NCBI GenBank assembly: GCA_039944855.1
Contig: JBDUXZ010000003.1
Location: 130,169-194,168, forward strand
Direction: 5' to 3'
Length of the DNA stretch: 64,000 nt
DNA from: Rhodothermales bacterium
Lineage (GTDB): Bacteria > Bacteroidota > Rhodothermia > Rhodothermales > JANQRZ01
The position numbers and the translations under genes were made by a program. Numbering within the stretch: position 1 is the stretch's first letter; the number at the start of each line of letters is the position of its first letter. Below are positions 52,209-61,365 of the stretch, piece after piece. The notes below the pieces were generated by a model. That model was not told the origin of the DNA, searched no databases, and saw only the letters and a list, made by a program, of their open reading frames with translations.

Positions 52209-52251
52209 GGAAAGAAGTTGTTCAGGTTAAGGCCGCACCTATAATTCCACT

Positions 52252-52342
52252 GTCATTGCGAGGAGCCGAAGGCGACGCGGCAATCTCCTTCGGTCTGCCG
52301 ATTCCGTGGAGATTGCCACGTCGCTACGCTCCTCGCAATGAC
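52252..52342. repeat. MITE/REP-like hairpin element, short variant (termini GTCATTGCGAG / CTCGCAATGAC)
   Basis: 91 bp with ~37-bp imperfect arms around the loop ttcggtctgccgattccgt. It lies between the MFS start and the lysS stop. Confidence 0.7.
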
Positions 52343-52356
52343 AAGCCGTGCTGGGT

Positions 52357-53967
52357 CTAGCTACTCTTACGATCCACGCCTACCTCCATCGAACCGCCAA
52401 CCTCCTGCGGTGCGTTCACCCCTTCTCCGGACGCTGTGACTTCCGGCCGGAGGAGGGGGAAGAGGATCACGTCGCGGATCGAGTCCTGCCCGGTCATCAG
52501 CATCGCGAGCCGGTCGATGCCGACGCCGAGGCCGGCCGTCGGCGGCATGCCGTATTCGAGCGCGCGGAGGTAGTCCTCGTCGATCTGCCGGACGGCCTCG
52601 TCGTCGCCGGCCTGGGCGAGGCGGGCCTGCTCCTCGAAGCGGGCACGCTGGTCGAGCGGGTCGTTGAGCTCGGAGAAGGCGTTGCAAATCTCCTTCCCGT
52701 TGCAGATTAGTTCGAACCGCTCGGTCAGCCCTTCTTTTTCGCGGTGCCGCTTCGCGAGCGGCGAGAGCTCGACCGGATAATCTGTGATGAACGTCGGCTG
52801 GATGAGATGCGGCTCGACGTGCTCGCCGAAGATCTCGTCGATCAGCTTGCCCGTGCCCATCGAATCATCGACTTCGATGCCGAGCGACTTCGCGGCGGCG
52901 GCGACTTCGTCGCGGTCTTTCTGGTAGAGGTCGTGCCCCGTCTTTTCTGCGATGGCGTCGAAGAGCGGGATGCGCGCGAAGGGTCGGGCGAACGAGATCG
53001 TCGTCTCCCTCGCCTGCACCTCGGGCATCCCGTGCAGCGACTGGGTGACGCCCGCGATCATCTCCTCCACGAGGTCCATCATCCACCCGTAGTCCTTGTA
53101 CGCGACGTAGAGTTCGAGCATCGTGAACTCCGGGTTGTGGAAGCGCGAGAGCCCCTCGTTGCGGAAGTCTTTCGCGATCTCGTACACCCCATCGAAGCCG
53201 CCGACGATGAGCCGCTTGAGGTAGAGCTCGTCCGCGATGCGGAGGAAGAGCGGCATGTCGAGCGCGTTGTGGTGCGTCGTGAACGGCCGCGCCGCCGCGC
53301 CGCCGTAGAGCGGCTGGAGCGCCGGCGTCTCGACCTCGACGTAGCCGCGAGCGTCGAGGAAGCGGCGAATCTCGGCGATCAGCCGCGCCCGCTGCCGGAA
53401 GACCTCGCGCACCTCGGGATTCACGACGAGGTCGACGTAGCGCTGACGGTAGCGGAATTCCTTGTCGGTGATCTCGTTGAACGTCTCGCCGTCCACCTCT
53501 TTCGGGAACGGGATCGGCCGGAGGCCTTTCGCGAGCGGCACGAGTTCGTCGGCCTCGACCGACACCTCGCCCATCTTCGTGCGAAACACCGTCCCGCGCA
53601 CGCCGACGATGTCGCCGATGTCGAGCAGCTTTTTGACGACAGTGTTGTAGTAGCCCTCGGGCTCGCCGGGCTCCTGCAGGTTGTCGCGCTTGAGGTAGAG
53701 CTGGATCTTGCCCGTGCTGTCGATGAGGTCCACGAACATCACTTTGCCCTTACCCCGGATCGAGCGGAGCCGGCCGGCGAGGGAAACCCGGATCGGCTCG
53801 GTCCCCTCCCGTTCCGGGTCGTGCCGCTCGTCGTCGTAGGCGGCGAGGATGTCGGCGGCATGGTCAGTGACGTCCCACCCCGCAGCGGGGTACGGGTCGA
53901 CCCCGTGCTCGCGGAGGGCGTCGAGGGACTGGCGGCGGACGGCTTCCTGTTCGGTCCGGTCGGACAT
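52357..53967 (-). CDS. lysS: Lysyl-tRNA synthetase (class II)
   Basis: Start trimmed to the ATG at 53967 (MSDRTEQEAVRRQSL...). Class II motifs are present (FRNEGLSRFHNPEFTMLE, GMPPTAGLGVGIDRL). The upstream 295 codons of the tracked ORF are spurious. Confidence 0.95.
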   Translation of the reverse strand: MSDRTEQEAVRRQSLDALREHGVDPYPAAGWDVTDHAADILAAYDDERHDPEREGTEPIRVSLAGRLRSIRGKGKVMFVDLIDSTGKIQLYLKRDNLQEPGEPEGYYNTVVKKLLDIGDIVGVRGTVFRTKMGEVSVEADELVPLAKGLRPIPFPKEVDGETFNEITDKEFRYRQRYVDLVVNPEVREVFRQRARLIAEIRRFLDARGYVEVETPALQPLYGGAAARPFTTHHNALDMPLFLRIADELYLKRLIVGGFDGVYEIAKDFRNEGLSRFHNPEFTMLELYVAYKDYGWMMDLVEEMIAGVTQSLHGMPEVQARETTISFARPFARIPLFDAIAEKTGHDLYQKDRDEVAAAAKSLGIEVDDSMGTGKLIDEIFGEHVEPHLIQPTFITDYPVELSPLAKRHREKEGLTERFELICNGKEICNAFSELNDPLDQRARFEEQARLAQAGDDEAVRQIDEDYLRALEYGMPPTAGLGVGIDRLAMLMTGQDSIRDVILFPLLRPEVTASGEGVNAPQEVGGSMEVGVDRKSS

Positions 53968-54059
53968 GGGTGCGGGGCGTCGGGTGATGGGACGAGGGGA
54001 TAAAAATAGAGACGCCCCGGTGGAGCGCCTCGCTACATACAGTGAAGACCGCGGCCGGT

Positions 54060-54722
54060 TCAGCCGCCGCTCGCGCTCCTGAGTTCGGCGTAGTCCGGGA
54101 GCGGACGGACCGTCATCGGGATCGGGTCGAACGGTCGATCCCGGAATGCCGCCGCGCCACGCCGGCCCGTCGACCGCGCCGTCTCCGCCAGCTCGATCCG
54201 CGCCAGCACGTCGAGGCCTTGGACGACCTCGCCAAAGATCGTGTACTGGCCGTCGAGGTGACTCGCATTGCCCGTGACGAGGTAGAACTGGCTCCCGCTG
54301 CTGCGTCGCTCGGGATTGACCTGATCGGCCTGCCGCGCTGCCGCGAGCGCGCCGATGGTATGCGTCGCGCCAGGCACGATCTCGGCCGGGAGCGTATAGC
54401 CGGGGCCACCCTGCCCATCGTTGATCGGGTCGTCGTCCTTCGTGTTCGGATCGCCGCCCTGCGCCATGAACCCCCGGATCACACGGTGGAACGTCGTCCC
54501 GTCGTAGAAGCTTTCGGCGACGAGCTTTTTGAAGTTGTCGCGGTGAACGGGCGTCGCGTCGGAGAGCCGGATGACGAGCGCGCCGAGCGGCGTGGCGATC
54601 TCGTAGTAGTTCGTCGCGGGGAGCGGCGTCGGGCCGGGCTCGGCGGCTTCTCTCGTTCCGGCACATCCTGCGACGAGGGCCGCGAGAAGGGCGAGGAGAG
54701 GCAGACGAAACCGGCGAGTCAT
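54060..54722 (-). CDS. Cyclophilin-type peptidyl-prolyl isomerase, lipoprotein
   Basis: ATG at 54722. Lipobox (LVAGC). Blocks seen are FHRVIRGFMAQGGDP and SSGSQFYL. Confidence 0.9.
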   Translation of the reverse strand: MTRRFRLPLLALLAALVAGCAGTREAAEPGPTPLPATNYYEIATPLGALVIRLSDATPVHRDNFKKLVAESFYDGTTFHRVIRGFMAQGGDPNTKDDDPINDGQGGPGYTLPAEIVPGATHTIGALAAARQADQVNPERRSSGSQFYLVTGNASHLDGQYTIFGEVVQGLDVLARIELAETARSTGRRGAAAFRDRPFDPIPMTVRPLPDYAELRSASGG

Positions 54723-54730
54723 GCGCGTGC

Positions 54731-55357
54731 TCAGTCGATCCAGCGATCCGCCTCGCTGAGGAGGCGGTCTTGGTGGCTGCGGAGGAGGTCGGCTGTGGCC
54801 TGGCCGAGCGCACGCGACGGCGCCTCGGCGGCCTGGCCGGAGGCGAGCGCATCCATCCGGTCCGCGCCTTCCTCCAGCGTCTCGATAGCCTCGGTAAGCG
54901 AGAACCACCACGTCGGGCGGTGGACCGGGTCGGGCTTGCGCGGCGCGCGGACCTTGCGGGCGAGCCGCGCCGACCACGACTTCGCGTGGGAGTCCGCGGG
55001 CATGAGGCATCGTCCCTGGTGGTCGAGGGACGCCTGGAGCACGTCGGAAACGGCGCGGAGTTCGCCGCTCATCCCTCGGAGCGCGTCCTGCTGGGCCAGC
55101 GAAAGGGCCGCTTCTTCGGCTACCTCTTCGCGCCGGAGGGCGCGCTGGACCGTCTGTGCCGCCGCAGCGAGCGTGGACTGAAACGCAATCGCGGAACCCT
55201 GCTTCTCGGCGCGAGCGGCAAGCTCCCGGACTTCTTCAACGAGTGGAATACAAACTTCCATATGGGAGGCAAAAGAGCCGACATGACTCATTCTGCCGTA
55301 GTTGGACATAACGAACGCGCAAGTACCGGACGCCAGCAAGGCAGTTCCGCACGCCAT
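54731..55357 (-). CDS. Hypothetical helical protein (start uncertain)
   Basis: This is a tracked ORF. I recognise no family. It lies 8 nt upstream of the PPIase gene on the same strand. Internal Met codons (MSNYG.., MEVCIP..) are alternative starts. Confidence 0.45.
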   Translation of the reverse strand: MACGTALLASGTCAFVMSNYGRMSHVGSFASHMEVCIPLVEEVRELAARAEKQGSAIAFQSTLAAAAQTVQRALRREEVAEEAALSLAQQDALRGMSGELRAVSDVLQASLDHQGRCLMPADSHAKSWSARLARKVRAPRKPDPVHRPTWWFSLTEAIETLEEGADRMDALASGQAAEAPSRALGQATADLLRSHQDRLLSEADRWID

Positions 55358-55438
55358 CTATTTCACCGTTCCTTACAGCCTGCTAAACAGCGGGTTCGCA
55401 TAACGACCCGGCTCTGCCCACATGCTCCTGACCCGGGC

Positions 55439-56419
55439 CTACGAGTCCGTACGCACGGGTTCACGCCGCAGCCCCACCTCCTCGCGCACCGCGTGCGTGA
55501 CGGGCAGCGGCATCGTGACCATCTTGCTCAACAGGGAGAGCATCTCCTCGGCGCGGGCCGGGTCGAGGCGGCTGCTGCGGACGGCGAGCGTGACCGTCTC
55601 CATCGCGAGCGACGCATAGACGGGGATGAGGTGAGGCAGGTACCGGCGTAGGGCGAGCCCGTGCTTGTGCACCGTCTCCAGGTCGCCGCGCAGGATCGGC
55701 CCCGTGAGGGCCTCCTCCGGCGACGAGGCGGCGAGGTTGGAGAGCGTCCCGTGGATGAGCGGCGCCATCACCTCCTGCGCCGTCGAACGGTCGATGTCGA
55801 GCGACTGGAAGACCTGCTGCACGACGGCGTTGAGCGTCACGAGGTAGTTCGACGCGATCGAGGCGGCGAGGTGGTAGCGCGGCTTCGCATCGGCCGAGAG
55901 GATGAGGTAGCGCATCCCCAACCCCACGGCGAACTCGATGCCGGCGGCGAGCGACGGCGGCTCGCCCTCGATCCCGGCGTAGACGCCTTCGAGCGCTTCC
56001 GGGCCGCTCGTCATGGTGAGAGCCTGGAGCGGGTGGAACGAGAGCGTCCGCGCGCCCTCCTCAGCGACAGGGCGCAGCACGCTCGCGGGGAGCGCGCCCG
56101 ACGTGTGCATCACGACCGTCTTCCGCCACGGGTGCGAGATCCGGCTCAGCCGGCTCGCCACCTCCGACAGCTTGCCGTCGGGGATGCAGCAGACGATGAG
56201 GCGCGACTCCGCCGGGAGGTCGTGGAGGCTGTCCGATGCGATGCGGGCGCCCACGGCGTGGGCGAGGTCCTCGGCGTGGTCCCGCGTCCTGCTGATGACG
56301 GCGAGCACGGGATAGCCCCGCTCGCGCAGCCGGGCAGCCAGCACACGCCCCATCGCGCCGGCGCCGATGACCGTGACGCTGGGACGAGGATCGTTGAATG
56401 CTGCTGCGTATGCGGTCAT
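55439..56419 (-). CDS. Rossmann-fold NADP-oxidoreductase-like protein with a DUF2520-type C-domain
   Basis: VTVIGAGAMGRVLAARLRERGY is the dinucleotide fold. The layout resembles the ProC-like/DUF2520 family. Confidence 0.75.
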   Translation of the reverse strand: MTAYAAAFNDPRPSVTVIGAGAMGRVLAARLRERGYPVLAVISRTRDHAEDLAHAVGARIASDSLHDLPAESRLIVCCIPDGKLSEVASRLSRISHPWRKTVVMHTSGALPASVLRPVAEEGARTLSFHPLQALTMTSGPEALEGVYAGIEGEPPSLAAGIEFAVGLGMRYLILSADAKPRYHLAASIASNYLVTLNAVVQQVFQSLDIDRSTAQEVMAPLIHGTLSNLAASSPEEALTGPILRGDLETVHKHGLALRRYLPHLIPVYASLAMETVTLAVRSSRLDPARAEEMLSLLSKMVTMPLPVTHAVREEVGLRREPVRTDS

Positions 56420-56465
56420 AGAAACGTGTCGTGCATGATATCGTGGGGCTCGCCGCAGGAGGCGG

Positions 56466-57245
56466 TCACTCGCGCCAGAGGGCGCACGCCATCGCGCCGA
56501 TCCGGTCCCCCTCGGGCAGCTCCATGCGGAGCACCTTCGCCCGGTTGGCCTTGCGGTACTGGGCCGCGAGCACGGCGGCGATGATCGCCCCCATGCCCTC
56601 GACGCGGACCTGCTCGCTTCCGAGGAGGTGCATCAGCCGGCTCGTATCGAACGACTCTAGCGCGGTCTCGAACTCCTGCGCAGCATCGCCCTCGACGCTG
56701 AGGAGGTCCGCCGAGGCGACGACGAGCATCCGGTGCCCGTACATCACCTCGCCGATGGCGTGGCCGAGTTCGCGGCACAACGCCGGCGCCTCGCTCCCCA
56801 TCACGATCGGCACCACCTTGAAGTCTGGGCCGAGCACGCGCTGGAGGAACGGGAGCTGCACGTCGACGCCCTCGGTGTGGTAGTGGCCCTGGTCGTCGAT
56901 GTAGATGTCGTCGTCCTCGTCGCAGAGCTCGTTGCGGACGGCGTCGTTGATCTCGATGTCCCCGAAGGGCGAGCGGTAGCGGTTGACGCTGCAGATGGCG
57001 AGGCGCTCGAAGGCCCCGTCGTGGCTCGGCGCGACGATGAGGACCGTCTCGTAGCTCCGCCCTTCGAGCAGCTTGTACGCGGCCGCCGAGACCTCCCCTC
57101 CACTCTGGAGGTTGGAGTCGGGGACGATGAGCGCGAGGAGGTCGCCCTCGACGGACGCGGGCTCGGCGTCGCGGAGTAGTTGGTCGATCTCGGCAGCGAG
57201 CGGGGCGGGCTGCGTGGCGTAGACGGCGCGATCGGCGATGGACAT
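56466..57245 (-). CDS. MEMO1/AmmeMemoRadiSam-system protein B-like
   Basis: ATG at 57245. The blocks LALIVPDSN...GGEVSAAAYKLL, VLIVAPSH and HYHTEGVDVQLPFLQ resemble the Memo family. Confidence 0.7.
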   Translation of the reverse strand: MSIADRAVYATQPAPLAAEIDQLLRDAEPASVEGDLLALIVPDSNLQSGGEVSAAAYKLLEGRSYETVLIVAPSHDGAFERLAICSVNRYRSPFGDIEINDAVRNELCDEDDDIYIDDQGHYHTEGVDVQLPFLQRVLGPDFKVVPIVMGSEAPALCRELGHAIGEVMYGHRMLVVASADLLSVEGDAAQEFETALESFDTSRLMHLLGSEQVRVEGMGAIIAAVLAAQYRKANRAKVLRMELPEGDRIGAMACALWRE

Positions 57246-57510
57246 GAGGGGAGGCAGAAGGTGAGCGCGGGCAGGAGTGGAGTCGCAAGGCAATTCGCAG
57301 AGCGATGCGGAGGGTCGAACGGTCAGCGGCCGGCGTTGGTACGTCGGCTTCGCTACTGTGAGGCGGACCCGTCGCTGCTACGTTACGACTGAACCGCCTG
57401 AACCGTTCGTCCGGTTCCATCCTAGCCGGGGTCCTCCCCCTTTCAAATCGGGTGCCACGGTGCATCACCGCAGCACAGGGGGGCGTAAAGGGGAGCGGCC
57501 GGTACAGGAA

Positions 57511-57541
57511 AGGCCAGACCGCGTAGCACGCAGTCTGGCCT
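57511..57541 (-). terminator. Hairpin downstream of tRNA-Val
   Basis: AGGCCAGAC-13 nt-GTCTGGCCT, followed on the minus strand by TTCCT. Confidence 0.45.
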
Positions 57542-57548
57542 CCGGATG

Positions 57549-57622
57549 TGGGCCCTACTGGATTTGAACCAGTGACCTCTCGCGTGTGAGGCGAGCGCTC
57601 TAAACCGCTGAGCTAAGGGCCC
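57549..57622 (-). tRNA. tRNA-Val (anticodon CAC)
   Basis: Folded by hand. The acceptor is GGGCCCT/AGGGCCC, the D-arm is GCTC-AGCGGTTTA-GAGC, the anticodon stem-loop is CTCGC-CTCACAC-GCGAG, and the T-arm is ACTGG-TTCAAAT-CCAGT. Confidence 0.9.
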
Positions 57623-57816
57623 ATTGCGCCGTCGCGGGCGGCACGGATATTACTGCGCGGCCCGGCCGAAAACAAGGCAGCGACGCCCCGCCCCCGCGCC
57701 TTTGCCATTTGTTCGAAGGGCGCTTGACTCGACCCCACCGGGATAACCGAGCCCCCTTACGAAACGACGGGCGGCCCTCCGCAGAGCGCCGCCCGTCCTC
57801 CGTCCATTCGCCGTAC

Positions 57817-58485
57817 TTACTCCTCCTTCGCTGAGTACACCTCTTTGAGCAGGCTCTGGAGCTTCGTGCGGCCGCGGTTGATCCGGCTCTTCACCGTCCC
57901 CATCGGGAGCCCCGTGATCTCGGCGATCTCCTCGTAGGCGAGGTTCTGCACGTCGCGCAGCACGACGACCTCGCGGAACTCCTCGGGGATCTGCTTCAAG
58001 GCCTCTTGGATGTGGCGGTCCTGGATCGTGCTCTCCGTGTGCTTGTCCGGGGAGAACTGCTCGTCCGGGATCTCGACCTCGTACTCCTCGTCGTCGCGGT
58101 TGACGCTCTGGAGGGAGTAGAGCCGGCGGCGCTTCCGCTTGCGGTACTCGCTGCGCGCGAGGTTGCCGGCGATCGTGTAGAGCCACGTCGAGTACTTCGC
58201 GATGCGGCGGTACGAATGCCGGTTGCGGTAGACGCGGAGGAACGTCTCCTGCAGCAAGTCCTCGCACTCCTTCATGTCGCCGAGGAAGCGGTAGATGTAG
58301 TTCGTGAGCGGGTCCTTGTAGCGGCTCACGAGGATGTCGAACGCCTCGACGGTCCCCGCCTGGAACTGCGCCATGAGGTCCTCGTCGCTCATCTGGAGCA
58401 GCGTGTCGTAGTGCTTGCTCTGGGGCTTGACGCTGAGCTGGTTCCGGTTTACGACCTTGCGGGTTTTCAGGGTACTCGTCGCCAT
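57817..58485 (-). CDS. ECF (sigma-24-type) RNA polymerase sigma factor
   Basis: The region 2 block is DLLQETFLRVYRNRHSY...STWLYTIAGNLARSEYRKRKR. The region 4 block is NLAYEEIAEITGLPMGTVKSRINRGR. There is a ~40-aa N-terminal extension. Confidence 0.85.
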   Translation of the reverse strand: MATSTLKTRKVVNRNQLSVKPQSKHYDTLLQMSDEDLMAQFQAGTVEAFDILVSRYKDPLTNYIYRFLGDMKECEDLLQETFLRVYRNRHSYRRIAKYSTWLYTIAGNLARSEYRKRKRRRLYSLQSVNRDDEEYEVEIPDEQFSPDKHTESTIQDRHIQEALKQIPEEFREVVVLRDVQNLAYEEIAEITGLPMGTVKSRINRGRTKLQSLLKEVYSAKEE

Positions 58486-58550
58486 GGTGGGTCTCAGGTG
58501 TCAGGCAGCCGGGGCACCGGCGGCCAGGGTGTCAGGAGGAACGCGAGAAG

Positions 58551-59600
58551 TCAAGGATCGTGCCTGGCAGGGACGCCCTCCGCCGGCCCGAGGACCCGCC
58601 CGAGGGCGAGGAGGAGCACGAGGCGCTCATCGCGCTCGGCCCCCCCTTTCAGCTCGTAGTCGGCGGCGAGGAGCGCTTCGAATGCGCGCCGCACCGTGGC
58701 CGGGCCGAGGCGGCGGAGCGCAAACTGGTATTCTTTCAGAAAATACGGAGGGACACCGATATGCCGCGCGAGCTCTTGCTGGGGGACGCGGCGCGCGAGG
58801 CCCGCCTGCAACTTGCGCAGCTTTACAAAGTACCGCGACAGCATCGTGACGACCATCAGCGCCTCGCCTCGCCGGCTCGCCGCCTGCTGCAGCAGGCGCT
58901 CGACGATCGCCGTCGCACGCTGCCGGTCGCCCTCGCCGACGGCTTTCTGCAGCTCGAACACGTTGAACTCGCGGAGGTGGCCCCCGGCCGTCAGAACGTC
59001 TTCCTCGGTCACGTTCGTGCGCGCGCCGACGAACGCGGTCAGCTTGTCGAGCTCGGCGGCGGCGGTGCGGAGGTCGGTCCCCACTTCCTGCGCGAGCATC
59101 TGCGCGGCGCCGGGCGCCATCGTCATCCCCATCGACCGCGCACGTGCGTCGATCCACCCCGGCATCTGCCGGTCGTAGAGCGGCTTGAACTCGACGGCGA
59201 CGGCGTGCTCGCGGAGCGCGCGGTACGGGTGTGCGGAGAGGTTCGGCTTGCTCCCGCAGAGGAGGAGCACGACGGCCGTGGGGTTCGGCCGCTCGGCGTA
59301 CTCCTTGAACGCGCGGTTCTCGGCCAGCTTCTCGAACGAGCGGACGACGACGACGCGACGCTGTGCCATCACGGGGTAGCCCATGCACGCGGCCAGCACC
59401 TGCCGCGCGTCGGCGTCGGGGCCGTGGAAGAGGTCGAAGTTGAAGTCGCGCTCGCCGGGCTGGAGGGCGTGCTCGACGAGGAGGGCCTGCAGCTCGTCCA
59501 TCAGGAATCCCTCGTCGCCGTAGAAGAAGTACAGCGGCTTGACGTTGCCGTGCCGGAAGGCCACGGCCAGATCGTCGAAGGAGGGAGACGAGGCTGCCAT
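58551..59600 (-). CDS. holA: DNA polymerase III delta subunit
   Basis: ATG at 59600. KPLYFFYGDEGFLMDEL is the N-terminal block, and the length and layout are typical of HolA. Confidence 0.8.
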   Translation of the reverse strand: MAASSPSFDDLAVAFRHGNVKPLYFFYGDEGFLMDELQALLVEHALQPGERDFNFDLFHGPDADARQVLAACMGYPVMAQRRVVVVRSFEKLAENRAFKEYAERPNPTAVVLLLCGSKPNLSAHPYRALREHAVAVEFKPLYDRQMPGWIDARARSMGMTMAPGAAQMLAQEVGTDLRTAAAELDKLTAFVGARTNVTEEDVLTAGGHLREFNVFELQKAVGEGDRQRATAIVERLLQQAASRRGEALMVVTMLSRYFVKLRKLQAGLARRVPQQELARHIGVPPYFLKEYQFALRRLGPATVRRAFEALLAADYELKGGAERDERLVLLLALGRVLGPAEGVPARHDP

Positions 59601-59843
59601 CGGAAGGGGTGAGTGAGAACGCGTCGAATCGCTCGTCGGCGAATGTACCGCTCGGGGTCGCCAGCGTCGGGTCACACGCTGCGGGCTCGTCCCAGAAAAG
59701 ACGCAAGGGCAGCGCCAGAGTTACGCCGACCCGTTCCGGCACCCTGGCAATCGAAGCTACCCCGGCAGGGGATAGGAATGACTAGTGGGCATCCACGATT
59801 CACGTATGGTGCGAACCCCGATACACGACCCGATGCTAGCCGA

Positions 59844-59893
59844 CCGCTCACTTCGGGAGGTCGACGGCCCGCTCACTTCGGGAGGTCGACGGC
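59844..59893. repeat. Perfect 25-bp tandem duplication (2 copies) spanning the stop codon of the DinB-family gene
   Basis: CCGCTCACTTCGGGAGGTCGACGGC occurs at 59844-59868 and again at 59869-59893, read directly. Confidence 0.85.
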
Positions 59894-60373
59894 GCGTTCG
59901 GTGATGTGGCTCTCGTGCATCCGGTACGCGAGCCGCCGCAGCTCCGCCGCGTCGTGGTGAGCGATCGCGAGGGCAAAGCCGGCCACGTCGCGGCGTTCGC
60001 CGTCGGGGAACGTCGCGGCACGACTCCATTCGGCCGCCGGGACGCGCTCGAAAGCGTCAAGGAGAGCTTCCCGCGCGATGCGGACGTCGGCGAGGGCGGC
60101 GGCTAAGTCGCCACGCACCACGCCGTCGGGGTCCGCTGCGTCGAAGGCGGGCTCGTCTTCGGACACGATGCGGCGCAGGCGATCCGTGTAGACCTCGCGG
60201 TCGAGCGCGGCGAGGTGGGCGAGCGTTGCCAGCACGGAGCGCTCCCCGGGCAGACTCGCCGCGAGGTAATCGGCGGGGAGGCGGGCGAGGAGCGGCGCGA
60301 GCACCTCGACCTCGGCGACGAGGTAGCCGAGTTGGTCGAGGAGGGCGGTGCGGCGGTCGGCGGGGACGTTCAC
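59873..60373 (-). CDS. DinB-family (four-helix-bundle) protein
   Basis: The GTG start overlaps the nuoI stop (GTGA). LATLAHLAALDRE...HHDAAELRRLAYRMHE is consistent with the DinB-like His pattern. Confidence 0.7.
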   Translation of the reverse strand: MNVPADRRTALLDQLGYLVAEVEVLAPLLARLPADYLAASLPGERSVLATLAHLAALDREVYTDRLRRIVSEDEPAFDAADPDGVVRGDLAAALADVRIAREALLDAFERVPAAEWSRAATFPDGERRDVAGFALAIAHHDAAELRRLAYRMHESHITERAVDLPK

Positions 60374-61038
60374 GACTGCGGGGCGTCGGCGAGCGCGGGC
60401 GGCTGCTCGGCGGGGTCGATCTCCTTCGCCTCAATGCGGGCCTCGGCCACGGCGAAGTCGAGCCGATTGCGGACGGTGTGGATGTTGTTCTCGTGCTTGA
60501 AGTCCCAGTGTTGTCCGAACTGCGGGTTCTTCTGGCGCTGGAGGTACGCGAGCCGGTCCGTCAGGAACTCCTTCGGGATGAGCAGCCGGTCGAGCCCGAA
60601 GATGGCCTCGTCGCGGTGCTGGAACGTGAGGTCGTACTCCTTCGACATGATGATGGCCTCCTCGGGGCAGACCTCCTCGCAGTAGCCGCAGTAGATGCAG
60701 CGGAGCATGTTGATCTCGAACCACTCGGGCTCGCGCTCCTTGATGTCGTCGAACACCTCGTGCGACTGCATCGAGATCGCGAGCGGCGGGCAGACGCGGG
60801 CGCACAGCCCGCACGAGACGCAGCGCGGGCGCCCCCCCTCCTCCACGAGCACGGGCCGGCCGCGGTACGAGTCCGGCGGGTACCACTGCTCCTCCGGGTA
60901 CTCGAACGTGTAGCGCGGCGCGCTCATCTTCGAGAACGAGTAGCCGAGCCCTTTGAAGATCTCCGGGAGGTAGAGCTTCTCCCAGAAATTCAGCTTGCGT
61001 TCGTTCGGGGTCGCGTTGTTGACGGGGGTGCCGGCCAT
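60370..61038 (-). CDS. nuoI: NADH-quinone oxidoreductase subunit I (Nqo9), stand-alone, with a C-terminal extension
   Basis: The two 4Fe-4S motifs are CVSCGLCARVCP and CIYCGYCEEVCP. The N-terminal block FWEKLYLPEIFKGLGYSF is typical of NuoI. At 222 aa it is longer than usual. Confidence 0.85.
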   Translation of the reverse strand: MAGTPVNNATPNERKLNFWEKLYLPEIFKGLGYSFSKMSAPRYTFEYPEEQWYPPDSYRGRPVLVEEGGRPRCVSCGLCARVCPPLAISMQSHEVFDDIKEREPEWFEINMLRCIYCGYCEEVCPEEAIIMSKEYDLTFQHRDEAIFGLDRLLIPKEFLTDRLAYLQRQKNPQFGQHWDFKHENNIHTVRNRLDFAVAEARIEAKEIDPAEQPPALADAPQS

Positions 61039-61136
61039 CGGAGGTGCGGGTGAGGAAACGGGGGCGTGCCGGAAGATACGGCGAGGCGGGGGTGCGGTCT
61101 AACGCGCGCGGCGGTCGACGGATTCAGAAAACCGCC

Positions 61137-61361
61137 TCAGCTAAAGAACACGAGCCGGGCGACGAGGAGCGCGGCGAAGCCGGCGATCCCCGCGCCGAAC
61201 CACATCAGCGGCCGGATCGCGCGCTCCGTCCCCAGCGCCCACAGCGCGAGCCCGACCGAGAGGACGAAGAAGCTGCCCGCGAGGGCCGTGAAGCCCGCGA
61301 GCGCGAACCCCACGGTGACGAGGAGGAAGACGGCGGGCAGGACGTACGGGCGGGGAAACAT
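61137..61361 (-). CDS. Hypothetical small membrane protein (74 aa, 2-3 TM helices)
   Basis: The ATG at 61361 is 4 nt after the stop of the upstream gene. The sequence is strongly hydrophobic. Confidence 0.4.
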   Translation of the reverse strand: MFPRPYVLPAVFLLVTVGFALAGFTALAGSFFVLSVGLALWALGTERAIRPLMWFGAGIAGFAALLVARLVFFS

Positions 61362-61365
61362 GGGA

